Below are positions 51,245 to 61,807 of a stretch of DNA of 64,000 nucleotides, piece by piece. A program made the position numbers and the translations under genes. This stretch comes from Mobula hypostoma. Lineage: Eukaryota. Position 1 is the stretch's first letter. The number at the start of each line of letters is the position of its first letter. Location of the stretch: positions 13,580,001 to 13,644,000 of the forward strand of contig NC_086109.1 of NCBI RefSeq assembly GCF_963921235.1, given 5' to 3'. The notes under the pieces are model-generated. The model was not told the origin of the DNA and ran no database searches. It saw only the letters and a list, made by a program, of their open reading frames with translations.

Positions 51245-52491
51245 TTACCTTATATTCCGTTTGGATAGCCCCCAACCTGATGGCATGACCATTGATTTCT
51301 CAAGCTTCCAGTGATACCCATCACCCCTTCACCATTCCCTATCCCCTTTTCCCTCTCTCACCTTATCTGAGCACCTCCACTCCATCCTCCAGAAGTGGAA
51401 TTTCGCAGTGGTCAGACATTTTAATTCCAATCCCCATTCCTGTTCTGACATGTTGGTTCATGGCCTCCTCGTGTGCCACCCTCAGGGTAGAGGACCAACA
51501 CCTTGTATTCCATCAGGGCAGCCGCAAGCATGATGGCATTAACATTAATTTTGCCTTCTCATAATATAATTTTCCCTCCCCCTTCCCTCTTCTTCTATTC
51601 CGCATTCTGGCCTCTTACATCTTCTCACCCTCTGGGTCTCCTTCTCCTTTCCTTCTCCCTATGGTCCACTCTCCACTCCTATCAGATTCCCTCTTCTCCA
51701 TCCCTTGACCTTTCCCACCCACCTGGCTTCACCTATCACCTTTTAGCTATCCTCCTTCCCCTCCACTCACCTTTTATTTCTGGTGTCTTCCCCATTCCTT
51801 TCCAGTCCTGAAAAGGGGATTTGACCCAAAACATTGATTGTTTATTCATTTCCATTGATGCTTCCTTGCATATTGAGTTCCTCCAGCATTTCGAGTGTAT
51901 TGCTCTGGATTTCCAGCATCTGCAGACTATCTTGTGTTTAAAACTTAAACTTGAACATAAACTGGTGTAACACTTGCTTTGCCAGGTGGCATGACCTCGG
52001 GGTGATAACCCCCTGCCCGGCCAAACCTTAGCACTCTCGTTTGGGTGGATGCTGTGTGTTCTGTCCCTTGTGTAACAGCTGTACCCCGAAATAACATTCA
52101 GTCCACAATGTGCAGTTAAACGATTAAGAATTTATATTTAAGTATGGGGTTAGTAGAGAAACAAAAGAAAAGGAAAACAAATAAAAGCCACCAATAATCT
52201 CATAAACAAGTCCAGTGCACAACGTTGGAGCTCACGGATTTCCTCTTGCTGATCCTCCTTCGCTCGTCGTCGACCCCTGAGCTCCTGCTCTGAGCCCAGG
52301 CCCAGTGGGTCCGGCAACCATCTCCTCAAGCCACCTCTTCTCTCTTCATCCTCTTCGTGTCTTCTTCCTGAAGCCCATGCAAGCTAACAGCTTTCACACC
52401 GACAGAAAGAATATCATCTATCCCAATTGGTTAGCAAATGAATACAAGTCCTATTATCACTAATTATAACCCAAACATGCTGCTATAGAGA

Positions 52492-52650
52492 TCTTACTAG
52501 CTCTTCTTTCAGTTAGTCCTGACGAAGGGTCTCGGCCCGAAACGTCGACTGTACCTCTTCCTAGAGATGCTGCCTGGCCTGCTGCGTTCACCAGCAACTT
52601 TGATGTGTGTTGCTTGAAATTCCAGCATCTGCAGAATTCCTCGTGTTTGC
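52492..52650 (+). mobile_element. Short Penelope pLTR insertion; 10-bp TSD
   Basis: GCTATAGAGA at 52482-52491 and 52651-52660; body matches 26443-26603. Confidence 0.88.
52515..52550 (+). ncRNA. Minimal type I hammerhead ribozyme (Penelope type), consensus-like
   Basis: AGTC-CTGACGA-A-GGGTC TC GGCCC-GAAACGTC/GACT. Confidence 0.87.
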
Positions 52651-53990
52651 GCTATAGAGAACCACTGTCTCAGCAGTTAACAGTACAGAGAAGACACTTT
52701 ATTCACCTTAGCAGTAACATAAAAGAAGAAACCCTTACCCTGCGATGTCAACAATTCTTTTCTTTTCAAGGATACTGTATGGCTCACTGAGATCCTCCAG
52801 CATGTTGTCAATTGGTTCAGGCTATACCATCTGCGATCTCTTGTGTCTCCAATAATGGATACCCACGAACAAGTAGCTCATCAATGAAATGCCAGAAGAT
52901 TGACAGGCTGTACTGAACTCTGTGGACAGTCTGGACATTGGACGCTGCAGTCTGGTCTGAGCCTGCTCATTCAGGTCTTCCAGGGTCTACAGAACATGCT
53001 CCTAAATATCGAGAAAGCGAGAAGCACCCTGATGAACTGCTAATGCAGCTGAGACAATGCCATGGCATTTGCTGCATCTGGTTTCTACATTGTAAGGAAC
53101 GATCCAAAATTTGCTCTGGTGAGAGGAAGGGTCAGGTTCCTAATCACACCTAAAATATACCTTGGCAATCACATGCCATTGTTATTACATGGAGCAAAAT
53201 GTCGCTACTTTCACATTGACCAGAGGTTACTTGTGATAACTCTGTCGCCTGCATTGGCTACCTTTTGCAACACCATCTGTCTTATCATTTGAATATCCTA
53301 GGACATTCCCAGTACAACAAAAAGTGGAAATGATCTCATGTTGACTTCACAAGGTTCTCAACAAATGATCTTGGTGCTTTCTGCAGCCAAGGCTTAAAAC
53401 AGAATTTTCTCACCATAAAGTCATTACCCTTTCCGTAGATAGATGAAGACTGACAGTGACAAACTCAACATCGAAGACCATTCCCATTGCTTATGAAAAA
53501 CTTCTGCCGAACTGTCCATCATATTATAACTCTCTTCTTTTCTGTAAGTGCTGCTCTGCTCCAATTTCAATTGTTGGTGTTTTGCAATATCCATTTGCCT
53601 GTTTCCTATGTTCCTTTTTTTGTGGAAGTGGTTTTATTTTACTTTGTTATCTATTGCCCACAGGAGCCAACGTCTGTTTTTATAAACCCCAGAGATTCTG
53701 CAGATTCTGGCAATCCACAGCAACACACACAAAATGCTGGAGGAACTGCAGCACCTGTGCAAAAGATTGAACTATTCTATTAAAGTTGTTAGCACAAATA
53801 ACTTTCAACTCTTAAAATCTGTTGCACTACTCCAAGCTACCCTGTTCAAGCTTGTTCTTCTAAATGTGAGATCCCTTTCAAACACAACTTTTATCTTCAA
53901 TGATTTTATCACCCCTATAGACCTTAATTTTATGCTTTTTTTTGTAGCTGAGAGCTGGTTAAAGCCAAATGGTTGCAGCCAGTATCTGAA

Positions 53991-54150
53991 ACAAGAGAAA
54001 ATCTGCAGATGCTGGAAATCCAAACAGCACACACAAAATGCTGGAGGAACTCAGCAGGCCAGGCAGCTTCGATAGAAAAAAAAGTACAGTCGACGTACTT
54101 TTTTCCATAGATGCTGTCTGGTCTACTGAGTTCCTCCAGCATTTTGTGCG
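53991..54150. mobile_element. Fold-back Penelope pLTR derivative centred on GTCGAC
   Basis: Inverted arms meeting at acagtcgacgtac (~54086-54098); imperfect TSD tg(c/t)agccagt..ctgaa. Confidence 0.75.
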
Positions 54151-54813
54151 TGTAGCCAGTTACCTGAACTGTTTTACTCATGATTCTGGCAGCTTCAGCA
54201 TACCAAGGCCAAGTGGACGAGATGGTGGGCTTGCCTCTGTGTTCGAGAAGCACTTTGATGCAACCTACTGTCTACCAACAAATTTTCAAGTTTTGAGGTA
54301 CATATTTTTGAAATTTGTGGTACGGATCCTGTTACCGTGTAATCATTTATCGGCCTCTTAAATCCAGTGCCTGCTTTCTCTTGGAATTCTCAGAATTCTT
54401 ATCCACTATTATATTGAACTGTGATAGGGAGGATTCTCATCTCTGGTGATTTCAATATTCATATTATTGATCTCTCAATTGCAAATTCTGTAGCACGTGA
54501 ATTCATGTGCTCACTAGACAGCCTAGATCTTACCCACTGTGTCACTGAGCCCACCTATTAACTTGGAAGTACACTTGACTTAGCAATGACAAAAGGGTTA
54601 AGTGTTAAGTAGTAAACACGAGAAAGTCTACAGTTGCTGGAAATCCAAAGCAACATACGCAAAATGCTGGAGGAACTCAGTAGGTCAGGCAGTATCTATG
54701 GAAATGAATAAACTGTTGACAGTTTGGCCCGAGACCATTTCAGGACTGAAAAGGAAGGAGGAAGACATCAGAATAAAAAGGTGGGGGGAGGGAAAGGAGG
54801 GTAGCTAGAAAGT

Positions 54814-55001
54814 AACACACATCAAAGTTGCTGGTGAACGCAGCAGGCCAGGCAGCATCTCTAGGAAGAGGTGCAGTCGATGTTTCAGGCCGAGAAACGT
54901 CGACTGCACCTCTTCCTAGAGATGCTGCCTGGCCTGCTGCGTTCACCAGCAACTTTGATGTGTGTTGCTTGAATTTCCAGCATCTGCAGAATTCCTGTTG
55001 T
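54814..55001. mobile_element. Fold-back Penelope pLTR derivative; 13-bp TSD
   Basis: GTAGCTAGAAAGT at 54801-54813 and 55002-55014; ~70-bp near-perfect arms; nested in an older pLTR. Confidence 0.88.
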
Positions 55002-56049
55002 GTAGCTAGAAAGTGATAGGTGAAACCATGCAGGTGGGAAAGGTAAAAGGCTGAAGAGGAAGGTATCTGATAGGAGAGGAGAGTGGACCATAGGAGAAAG
55101 AGAAAGGGAATTATTCCTGTCTCCCTGTCTGATATCACTATCACTGATCATTCTTGTGCAATTTTTGATGCCCTCCTGCCTGGAACCAAGACCATGAAAG
55201 AAGTTACAATAAAAAAGACAAACAAGAGAAAATCTGCAGATGCTGGAAATCAGAGCAACACACACAAAATGATGGAGGACCTCAACAGGCCAGGCAGCAT
55301 CTATGGAAAAGAGTTGATATTTTGGGCTGAGCCCCGTCATCAAGACAACAAAAAAGAAATGGTTTCTTCTTGCTGTGGCGTAACGTAAATTTTCAAACGG
55401 CATGTTCATTTCAGTCACATAATAAAACTAATTCACACCTTTATATCGAATAGACTAGATCACTGCAATGCACTTTTTACTGACCTTCCAAAACAACCTA
55501 TTGACAAACTTCAACTCATTCAGAGCACCGCTGCTGGACTTCTAACAAAGACCAAGATGAGGGAGCATATCATTCCTGCACTAGCTACTCTACATTGGTT
55601 TCCTGTATCCATTAGAATTGATTTTAAAGTTCTCTTACTTGTTTTTAAAGCTCTTAATGGTTTGGGACCAGAGTACATCACAGTTTTATAATCCTGCTCA
55701 AGCTCTCTCCGGTCTCTTCAATATAAATAATTTCCTTCAAAAGAGAATTAGCAGGTCAGCTTTTCTGAGCTATTCTCCTAAACTGTGGAACTCAGTACCT
55801 AAATCCATAAGGGATGCAGACTCAGTTGACACTTTTAAATGCCAACTCAGAAATATTTATTTAACCTTGCTTTTAGCTAACATCTTTTTGTCTTTGATGT
55901 ACATATTTATTTTTATTTTGTTTTTCATATTTGTACTTTTATCCCACTGTGAAGCATGTTGATATCATCATCTGTATCTGTATGTGTATCATCATCTGTA
56001 TGAAAAGCATTCTCTAAATAAAATTATTATTATTATTATTATTTATTTG

Positions 56050-57195
56050 TTTTTTCTCAGCTGAACCTGGTAACCCCTGCATAGCCAAGCACACATATTT
56101 CTCAATTGCTAGGAACTTTCAGATTGTTCTAGTGGTGCTTAGTATTGTGTCTTTCCGAAGATTTACTGTACATAGATATTACTGTGCAGCCTTAATTGCT
56201 TAATGCTATAGTGCAATGCCTTTGGGATGATACCAGTTGTAGATATTACTATCAGGGCAATGTATTCCCTGTTCATGTTCCAAAGTCTTTCAAATTCCTC
56301 TTTTATTTCAGCATATTTCTGGTATTTCTCACTTTCTCACTTATTAATTTCTATAAATTATGCATGTTTGGAATGGCTATGTCTATTAAGTAAGTTGTTC
56401 CTGCTTGTTTATCCTGTATTATTACATCCGGACGGATATCATGGATTGTTCTATCTGTAACAATGGATCAGTCATAATATAATCTGTGGGATTCAGACTC
56501 TATAAATGGATCAGGCTTGTAATTACAGAAAAGCATGATTTATTTTATGAGTTTGTATTTTAAAGCTAGATTTTGGTGAACGATGTTTGCCACTTAATTA
56601 TCCCTGTGTAAGTAATCAGATTGAATTAAACAGTTACATGATCCTGCAATATGTTGGATTGTTCCTGGCTTTTCTTGGCATTTTCTACATTTATCATCTT
56701 GAATCTGTTGGTCTTTTATTTTTTTTTTGCTGTTTTCTTCTATTAACCACTTCACTCTGTGTTGTTACAAGGATCTCTTCTGTTTATGGGAAGAGATCTC
56801 CAACCCTGAGCCAGAGTTTCTTGTCGACATCAATCTGCTCAGGCCCTGAGGATGTCTTCCATGGAGAGTCATGCTCTTCCATTGGTTAACCTTTTCTTCT
56901 GTAGTGATAATTTCATATTTCTGGCTTGTGCTCTCATTGAAGTTTAATGGTGTGTATTTCTTATCAGAATTGCATATGCTCACATAGAGTGCTAAATCCT
57001 GTTTTCCTTGATGGAAATTAATCCTCAGAAGTTTTATCTGACTGTTGTGTGATTTGCTAATATCTGTTATTCCTCTTCCCTATTTTACCATAGGTAGTGT
57101 TCATCTAAGCGTATTCGTATGTACATAATGTTTTCTGAAAATTGTCATTTCAGTTCTTATTTTGCTTTGTAAGTTTTCCAGATTAGTCTCCCAGT
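56050..57195 (-). mobile_element. R4/Dong-clade non-LTR retrotransposon 3' fragment (RT end, CCHC, restriction-like endonuclease), degraded
   Basis: Minus-strand translation: GRGITDI, DKKYTPLNF, WKSMTLHGRHP, WLRVGDLFP, DKCRKCQEKPGTIQHIAGSC, YLHRDN*VANIVHQNLA, TDRTIHDIRPDVIIQDK..YLIDIAIPN, KYAEIKEE..RLW, STTGIIPK. Confidence 0.88.
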
Positions 57196-57857
57196 CCATC
57201 ACAGATAAAGCCTTCCCAGCCATTGAGCAGATCGACACGGAGCACTGTCACAGGAAAACTGCATCTATCATCAGTGATTCCCACCACCGAGGTCATGCTC
57301 TCTTCTCACTGCTGTCGACAGGAAGAAAGTACAGGAGCCTCAGGACTCACACCACAAGATCCAGAAACAGTTATTACCCCTCAACCATCAGGCTCTAGAA
57401 CCAGTAGGGATAACTTCACTCATATGTATCTGCCATTCTTATGTATAAACTCTGGTTTCCGTCCTCACATGGGAGTCTGTTGTTCATCTGCACCTGGGTT
57501 CTCTTGTTGCCAGCGTTCACCATCAAAGGCATATCCTCGATGGTAGGGACCTTTGATGATGGATGCTATCTTTATGATGCATTGCTTCCTGGAGATACTA
57601 CCAATGGGGAAGAGGGATGTGGCAGTGATATATTGGGCTAAGTCCACTACGCCCTTCAGCTTCTTACATTCCTGCACATCTTGTTGTTAATTTCTTGCTC
57701 GTTAATATCATTGGCTGCACTTTTTACAGATTGGAATGTTCAAGAAACAGGTGTCATAACTCAATATCTAAGGGGAAGGTTACAAACACATGTACACCCA
57801 GTGGCCACTTTGCAGTTTACCTCCTGTACATAATAAACTGGCCACTGAGTGTATGTT

Positions 57858-58077
57858 ACACACATTAAAGTTGCTGGTGAACGCAGCAGGCCAAGCAGCA
57901 TCTATAGGAAGAAGTGCAGTCGACGTTTCAGGCCGAGACCCTTCGTCCTGACGAAGGGTCTCGGCCTGAAACGTCGACTGCACCTCTTCCTATAGATGCT
58001 GCTTGGCCTGCTGCGTTCACCAGCAACTTTAATGTGTGTTGCTTGAATTTCCAGCATCTGCAGAATTCCTGTTGTTT
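57858..58077. mobile_element. Fold-back Penelope pLTR derivative (90-bp arms, 2-nt loop); 14-bp TSD
   Basis: ACTGAGTGTATGTT at 57844-57857 and 58078-58091; arms 57858-57947 and 57950-58039 with one mismatch. Confidence 0.92.
57945..57978 (+). ncRNA. Minimal hammerhead ribozyme at the apex of the fold-back element
   Basis: GTC-CTGACGA-AGGGTCTCGGCCT-GAAACGTC/GAC; helix I reduced to 3 bp. Confidence 0.65.
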
Positions 58078-58580
58078 ACTGAGTGTATGTTCATTGTCTT
58101 CTGCTGCTGTAGCCTATCCACTTTAAGCTTTGACATCTTGTCCATTCAGAGATGCCCCCTTGCCTACCACTGTTTTCTCATGTGGTTACTTGAGTTACTT
58201 CCGCCCTTCTCTCAGCTTGAAACAGTCTGGCCATTCTCCTCTGACCTCCCTCATTAACAAAGTGTTTTTGCCAACAGAATTCTCACCCGCTATGTACTTT
58301 TTTTCCTTTTTCGCACCATTCTCTGTAAACTCCAGAGACTGTTGCACATGAAAATCCCAGGAAATCAGCAATCTCAGAAATACTCAAACCACCCCATCTA
58401 ACACCAATAATTATTCCACGTTCAAAGTCACTTAGATCACATTTTCTCCCAATTCTGATGTTTGGTCTGAACAACACCTGAACCTCTTGACCATGTCTGC
58501 ATGCTTTTATGCATTGAGCTGCTGCCACACGATTGGCTGATCAGTAATTTGTATTAACGAGAAGGTGTATAGGTGTACCT

Positions 58581-59563
58581 AATAAAGTGGCCACTGACGA
58601 TATGCTTCCACTTTCAGGGAACTATGGCACATGTGCTTTGCTATTATTTGCTCCATTTCCATCCCTTGCCCTTTATTTCGTAATTCATGCAAAAGGCAAT
58701 GGTACTGTTGCAAGATTTAGCAAAAACCTAGCTACATTGCACCATAGCTGGTAACAGTGCAGCAATATGTCTACAATATTTTCAAGTTCCCTGTCAAATT
58801 CAAGTTCATGTTTAATTATCATCCAACCATACATGAATATCTATGAGTAGAGCCAAACAAAACATTGCTACTCTGGGGCCAAGGTACAGGGCACCGTACC
58901 AGCAGTCACACACACTCACACATAGCATGTAGAAGACAGCAGTAAAATACAGTCACACGAAGAAAACTATTCCAAGTCCCTGAGTCCAGCAATATTGCAA
59001 CAGTCTGCAGTTAAACACAATACCTCCTGTCTTCTGCTGAGCGAACACTGGAAAGCAGCATTGATGTCGCATCACACCACCTCTTGCACTCCGGTGGAAT
59101 GCACTAACTTCAATGCCTCTCTCCTAGGTGGCTACAAACAGGAGACTCCACCATTTGAGACCTAGTCCTTGCTACAAATGAGGCTACACAGCTCCCCGGC
59201 CGTCTGTCCCCGCTGTTCGCCAATAAAACTGTGAATTGGACTTGCAGAGTTCCACATTACCGATGCCCAACAGGGTCCTGAGATCGCAGGAAAAGTGACC
59301 GCTATATACCTCACACAACTACTTCCACTTTTTCTCAAGTGAAACCAAATCCCTTGTATGCATTCTCACTTCAAGATTAACTACTTCCTATCGAACAATC
59401 TATGCTTGCTTTTGAGTTCTTTGCTGTGTTTGTGTAGTTATTTGAATATATCTACTACCAGCAAAACTCCAATAATCCGCTATCTGATCGTTCTGAAATT
59501 CCAATGGTTCAGCATCAGGCTCACTACAATGTTTCCTTCCACTAACCTGGGCCCTGGATCCCA
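58581..59563. repeat. Copy 2 of the inverted duplicated composite block (partner 9157-10381)
   Basis: Colinear reverse-complement similarity including the Tc1 TIR junction. Confidence 0.75.
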
Positions 59564-59591
59564 TATTTGCATTAATGTATAGTTGTACATA

Positions 59592-61089
59592 TGTAACCGG
59601 GTGACCATTGGATCTTATTCAGTATCGTTAAAAGTGTACTTAGGCTTCCATCCGGGTAATGCTACAATTGTTGTCTGTGCCTTTATGATTATGAAGACAC
59701 ACAGTCCCCTTTTATTGTCATTTAGTAATGAATGCATTAAGAAATTATAAAAATGCTTTTCCAGAATGATATCTCGAAAACACATGACAAACAGACTTAA
59801 AAACTAACAAAAACCACATAATTATAACATATGGTTACAACAGTGCAAAGCAATACCGTAATTTGATAAGAACAGACCATGGCACAGTAAAAGTCCCATC
59901 ATCTCACGCAGACAGTAAACCTCCAGCGCCGCCAACTTGCCAATGCAGCATCCCGGAAGCATCCGACCACAGTTTGACCCGAGTCCGTCCGAAAAACTCC
60001 GAGCCTTCGGCCACCTGCTGACACCGATGCACCGAGCACCATCTCTGCCGAGCAGTTCGACCCCGGCCCCGGCAACAGGCGATATGGAAAGCCAAGGATT
60101 TGGGGCCTACGTCTCCGGAGATTCTCGATTGCACAGTAGCAGCGGCAGTGAAGCAGGCATTTCAGAAGTTTCTCCAGATGTTCCTCTGCGCTTCACGGCT
60201 GTCTCCATCAAATTCGGATTGATGCACGGCACCCCTAGTTACACATATCGATATTCATTCAGAACGGCTGCATGCGCTGCGTCACGCAGCCATTTTCTCC
60301 TCCCTCCTTTAAGGGAGATATTGATGTCATTACGCACGCGCAGGATAGTGGAGAGACCATTTTGCTTTCTGCTGAAAACGTAAGGTGTTGGATTTGGCTC
60401 CTCCCGAGACTGGGCATGGTGAGGAAAGGTGAGCATTAATTGACAATATCCATGTGAATTCATTTATGCTTGTTGGCGGATCGAGAATATCGGTAACTTG
60501 ACTTGTTTTACATGTGGATGCTTTAGATTTCCACGAGTGAAGAAATCAATGCTGAGTAGCATGACTTATATCAAGTTCCTCAGCATCCAAGTAGATCAGT
60601 CTTCCTGTAATTTAACTACCAGGCAATATCTTGTAAAAGTTGTGCCAAGGTGTACCTTTTGTCTAACTTTATTGTATCGGGACTGATTGTGCATGTAACC
60701 GTGTAACGTGAATGTTTAGTCTCTGTTCGGAAGTTCAGCACGTGTGTACGTCTTAGATGAGATGTATTCGCTTACATTTTTCACTGTTATGTATAAGGTG
60801 CAGGGTGGGTGGGATTCTAATGTTGTTTGTATTGTGTTCCTTCAGGATTGCCACTACCATATTAGTACCGTATTAGTTCTGGTATTTTTATACTGCAAAC
60901 GCAATTCTGTCCATACACAAGGGTGTGAATCGGAAGTTAAACCGAGATTGTAACAGCAAGAACTGGTTGTAAATTCGTTGGTTTTGCTTTGCGACCCTCT
61001 TCTGGCACTTAAACATCAAAAACCAATAAAGGAATTAAAACCCGAAAAAGTCCTTGTTGTCCTGAGTGTGTGCTTTTCCCCAGGTTACA
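59592..61089 (+). mobile_element. Ty3/Gypsy 5' LTR (TGTAACC...GGTTACA), interrupted by retroposon copy D
   Basis: 7-bp terminal inverted repeats, AATAAA near 61025, immediately followed by a PBS. Confidence 0.75.
59686..60307 (-). mobile_element. Non-autonomous retroposon, copy D
   Basis: Colinear with copies A-C; TTTA on both sides. Confidence 0.75.
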
Positions 61090-61094
61090 AAATC

Positions 61095-61113
61095 TGGTAC
61101 CAGGAGTGGGGTT
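61095..61113 (+). promoter_or_regulatory. Primer-binding site complementary to the tRNA-Leu(UAA) 3' end
   Basis: TGGTACCAGGAGTGGGGTT, the reverse complement of AACCCCACTCCTGGTACCA recalled for vertebrate tRNA-Leu(UAA). Confidence 0.8.
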
Positions 61114-61396
61114 AATTCCAAGCCAGTTGAGAGGGTCTCTGACTGCTGTATGCAGTATAATATACAGTACCTAATACAGCAGTGGTGAAGACAGGACCGA
61201 GTTCCCATCGGGCGGAAGGAGAGAGCGCGGTGGGGCCTCGGGAACGGGCCGGGACATCAGCGACTGATGTCAGGACGCAGAGTGGTGACGTGGACCCCGG
61301 GAACTGCGGGCCGTGAAGCCATCGCGTTTGCAGCAAAGGACAGCAGCCGCTCCCTTTTGCAGGCTTGTGAAAACTTTAAAGACTTGAGGGTTTACG

Positions 61397-61807
61397 ATGT
61401 CATGCTCGGAGGACACACCAGTTGAACTTGATTTGAATGAACAAATTAGGGAATTGCGTAGTAGGTATGATGAAGCCATGGCAACCATTGATAAATTAAG
61501 CAGAAGGTCCTATGTATATGTCCCAAGGGAAAGACACATTGTTCCATTTACAGGGGATGTTGAGAAAGATGAGAGGTCTGTTGATGACTTTATTGAAGAA
61601 ATGCAACGTGCACTTCATAGTGAAGATCAGTCTGACCAGGATCAGTATGACTTTGTTATGTCCCTGCTCAGGGGTGCAGCTTTAGAGGAAGCACGTATGC
61701 GCGGTGATGCTGGGGAAGACCACGCTGATGACTTGTTCACCTATCTCAGGGAAGCTTTTGGAGACCTGTGTAGTTCACCCCAGCTGTGGCATAGCTTCCA
61801 CACATAA
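61397..61807 (+). CDS. Truncated Ty3/Gypsy Gag (PNMA-like capsid N-terminal lobe)
   Basis: Coiled coil, YVYVPRERHIVPFTG, SVDDFIEE, LLRGAALEE, LREAFG; lies downstream of LTR and PBS; ends at a Tc1 TIR. Confidence 0.8.
   Translation: MSCSEDTPVELDLNEQIRELRSRYDEAMATIDKLSRRSYVYVPRERHIVPFTGDVEKDERSVDDFIEEMQRALHSEDQSDQDQYDFVMSLLRGAALEEARMRGDAGEDHADDLFTYLREAFGDLCSSPQLWHSFHT

Larger units (their letters stand above)
51966..52739 (-). mobile_element. Probable solo LTR
   Basis: Starts TGTAAC and ends CCTTAC(C), non-coding, flanks CTGG/CTGC; hosts a Penelope pLTR insertion. Confidence 0.45.
53840..56043 (+). mobile_element. Internally deleted L2 LINE, interrupted by several Penelope pLTRs
   Basis: APE start LLNVRSL..AESWLK, PRPSGRDGGLA, SGDFNIH; C-terminus SNRLDHCNAL..LQLIQSTAA..HIIPALATLHWFPV..IDFKVLLLVFKAL..PKLWNSVP; (ATT)n tail at 56023-56043. 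Confidence 0.85.
57795..58597 (-). mobile_element. Tc1-like relic with TIRs and transposase N-terminus
   Basis: ORF 58283..58528 GRKCDLSDFERGIIIGVRWGGLSISEIADFLGFSCATVSGVYREW (paired-like HTH); TIR aataaagtggccactga. Confidence 0.85.

Noticed and set aside
52860..53140. Strong minus-strand acceptor (ctgacccttcctctcaccag) in unique sequence
   Set aside because: All frames close within about 50 codons with no recognisable protein or convincing donor.
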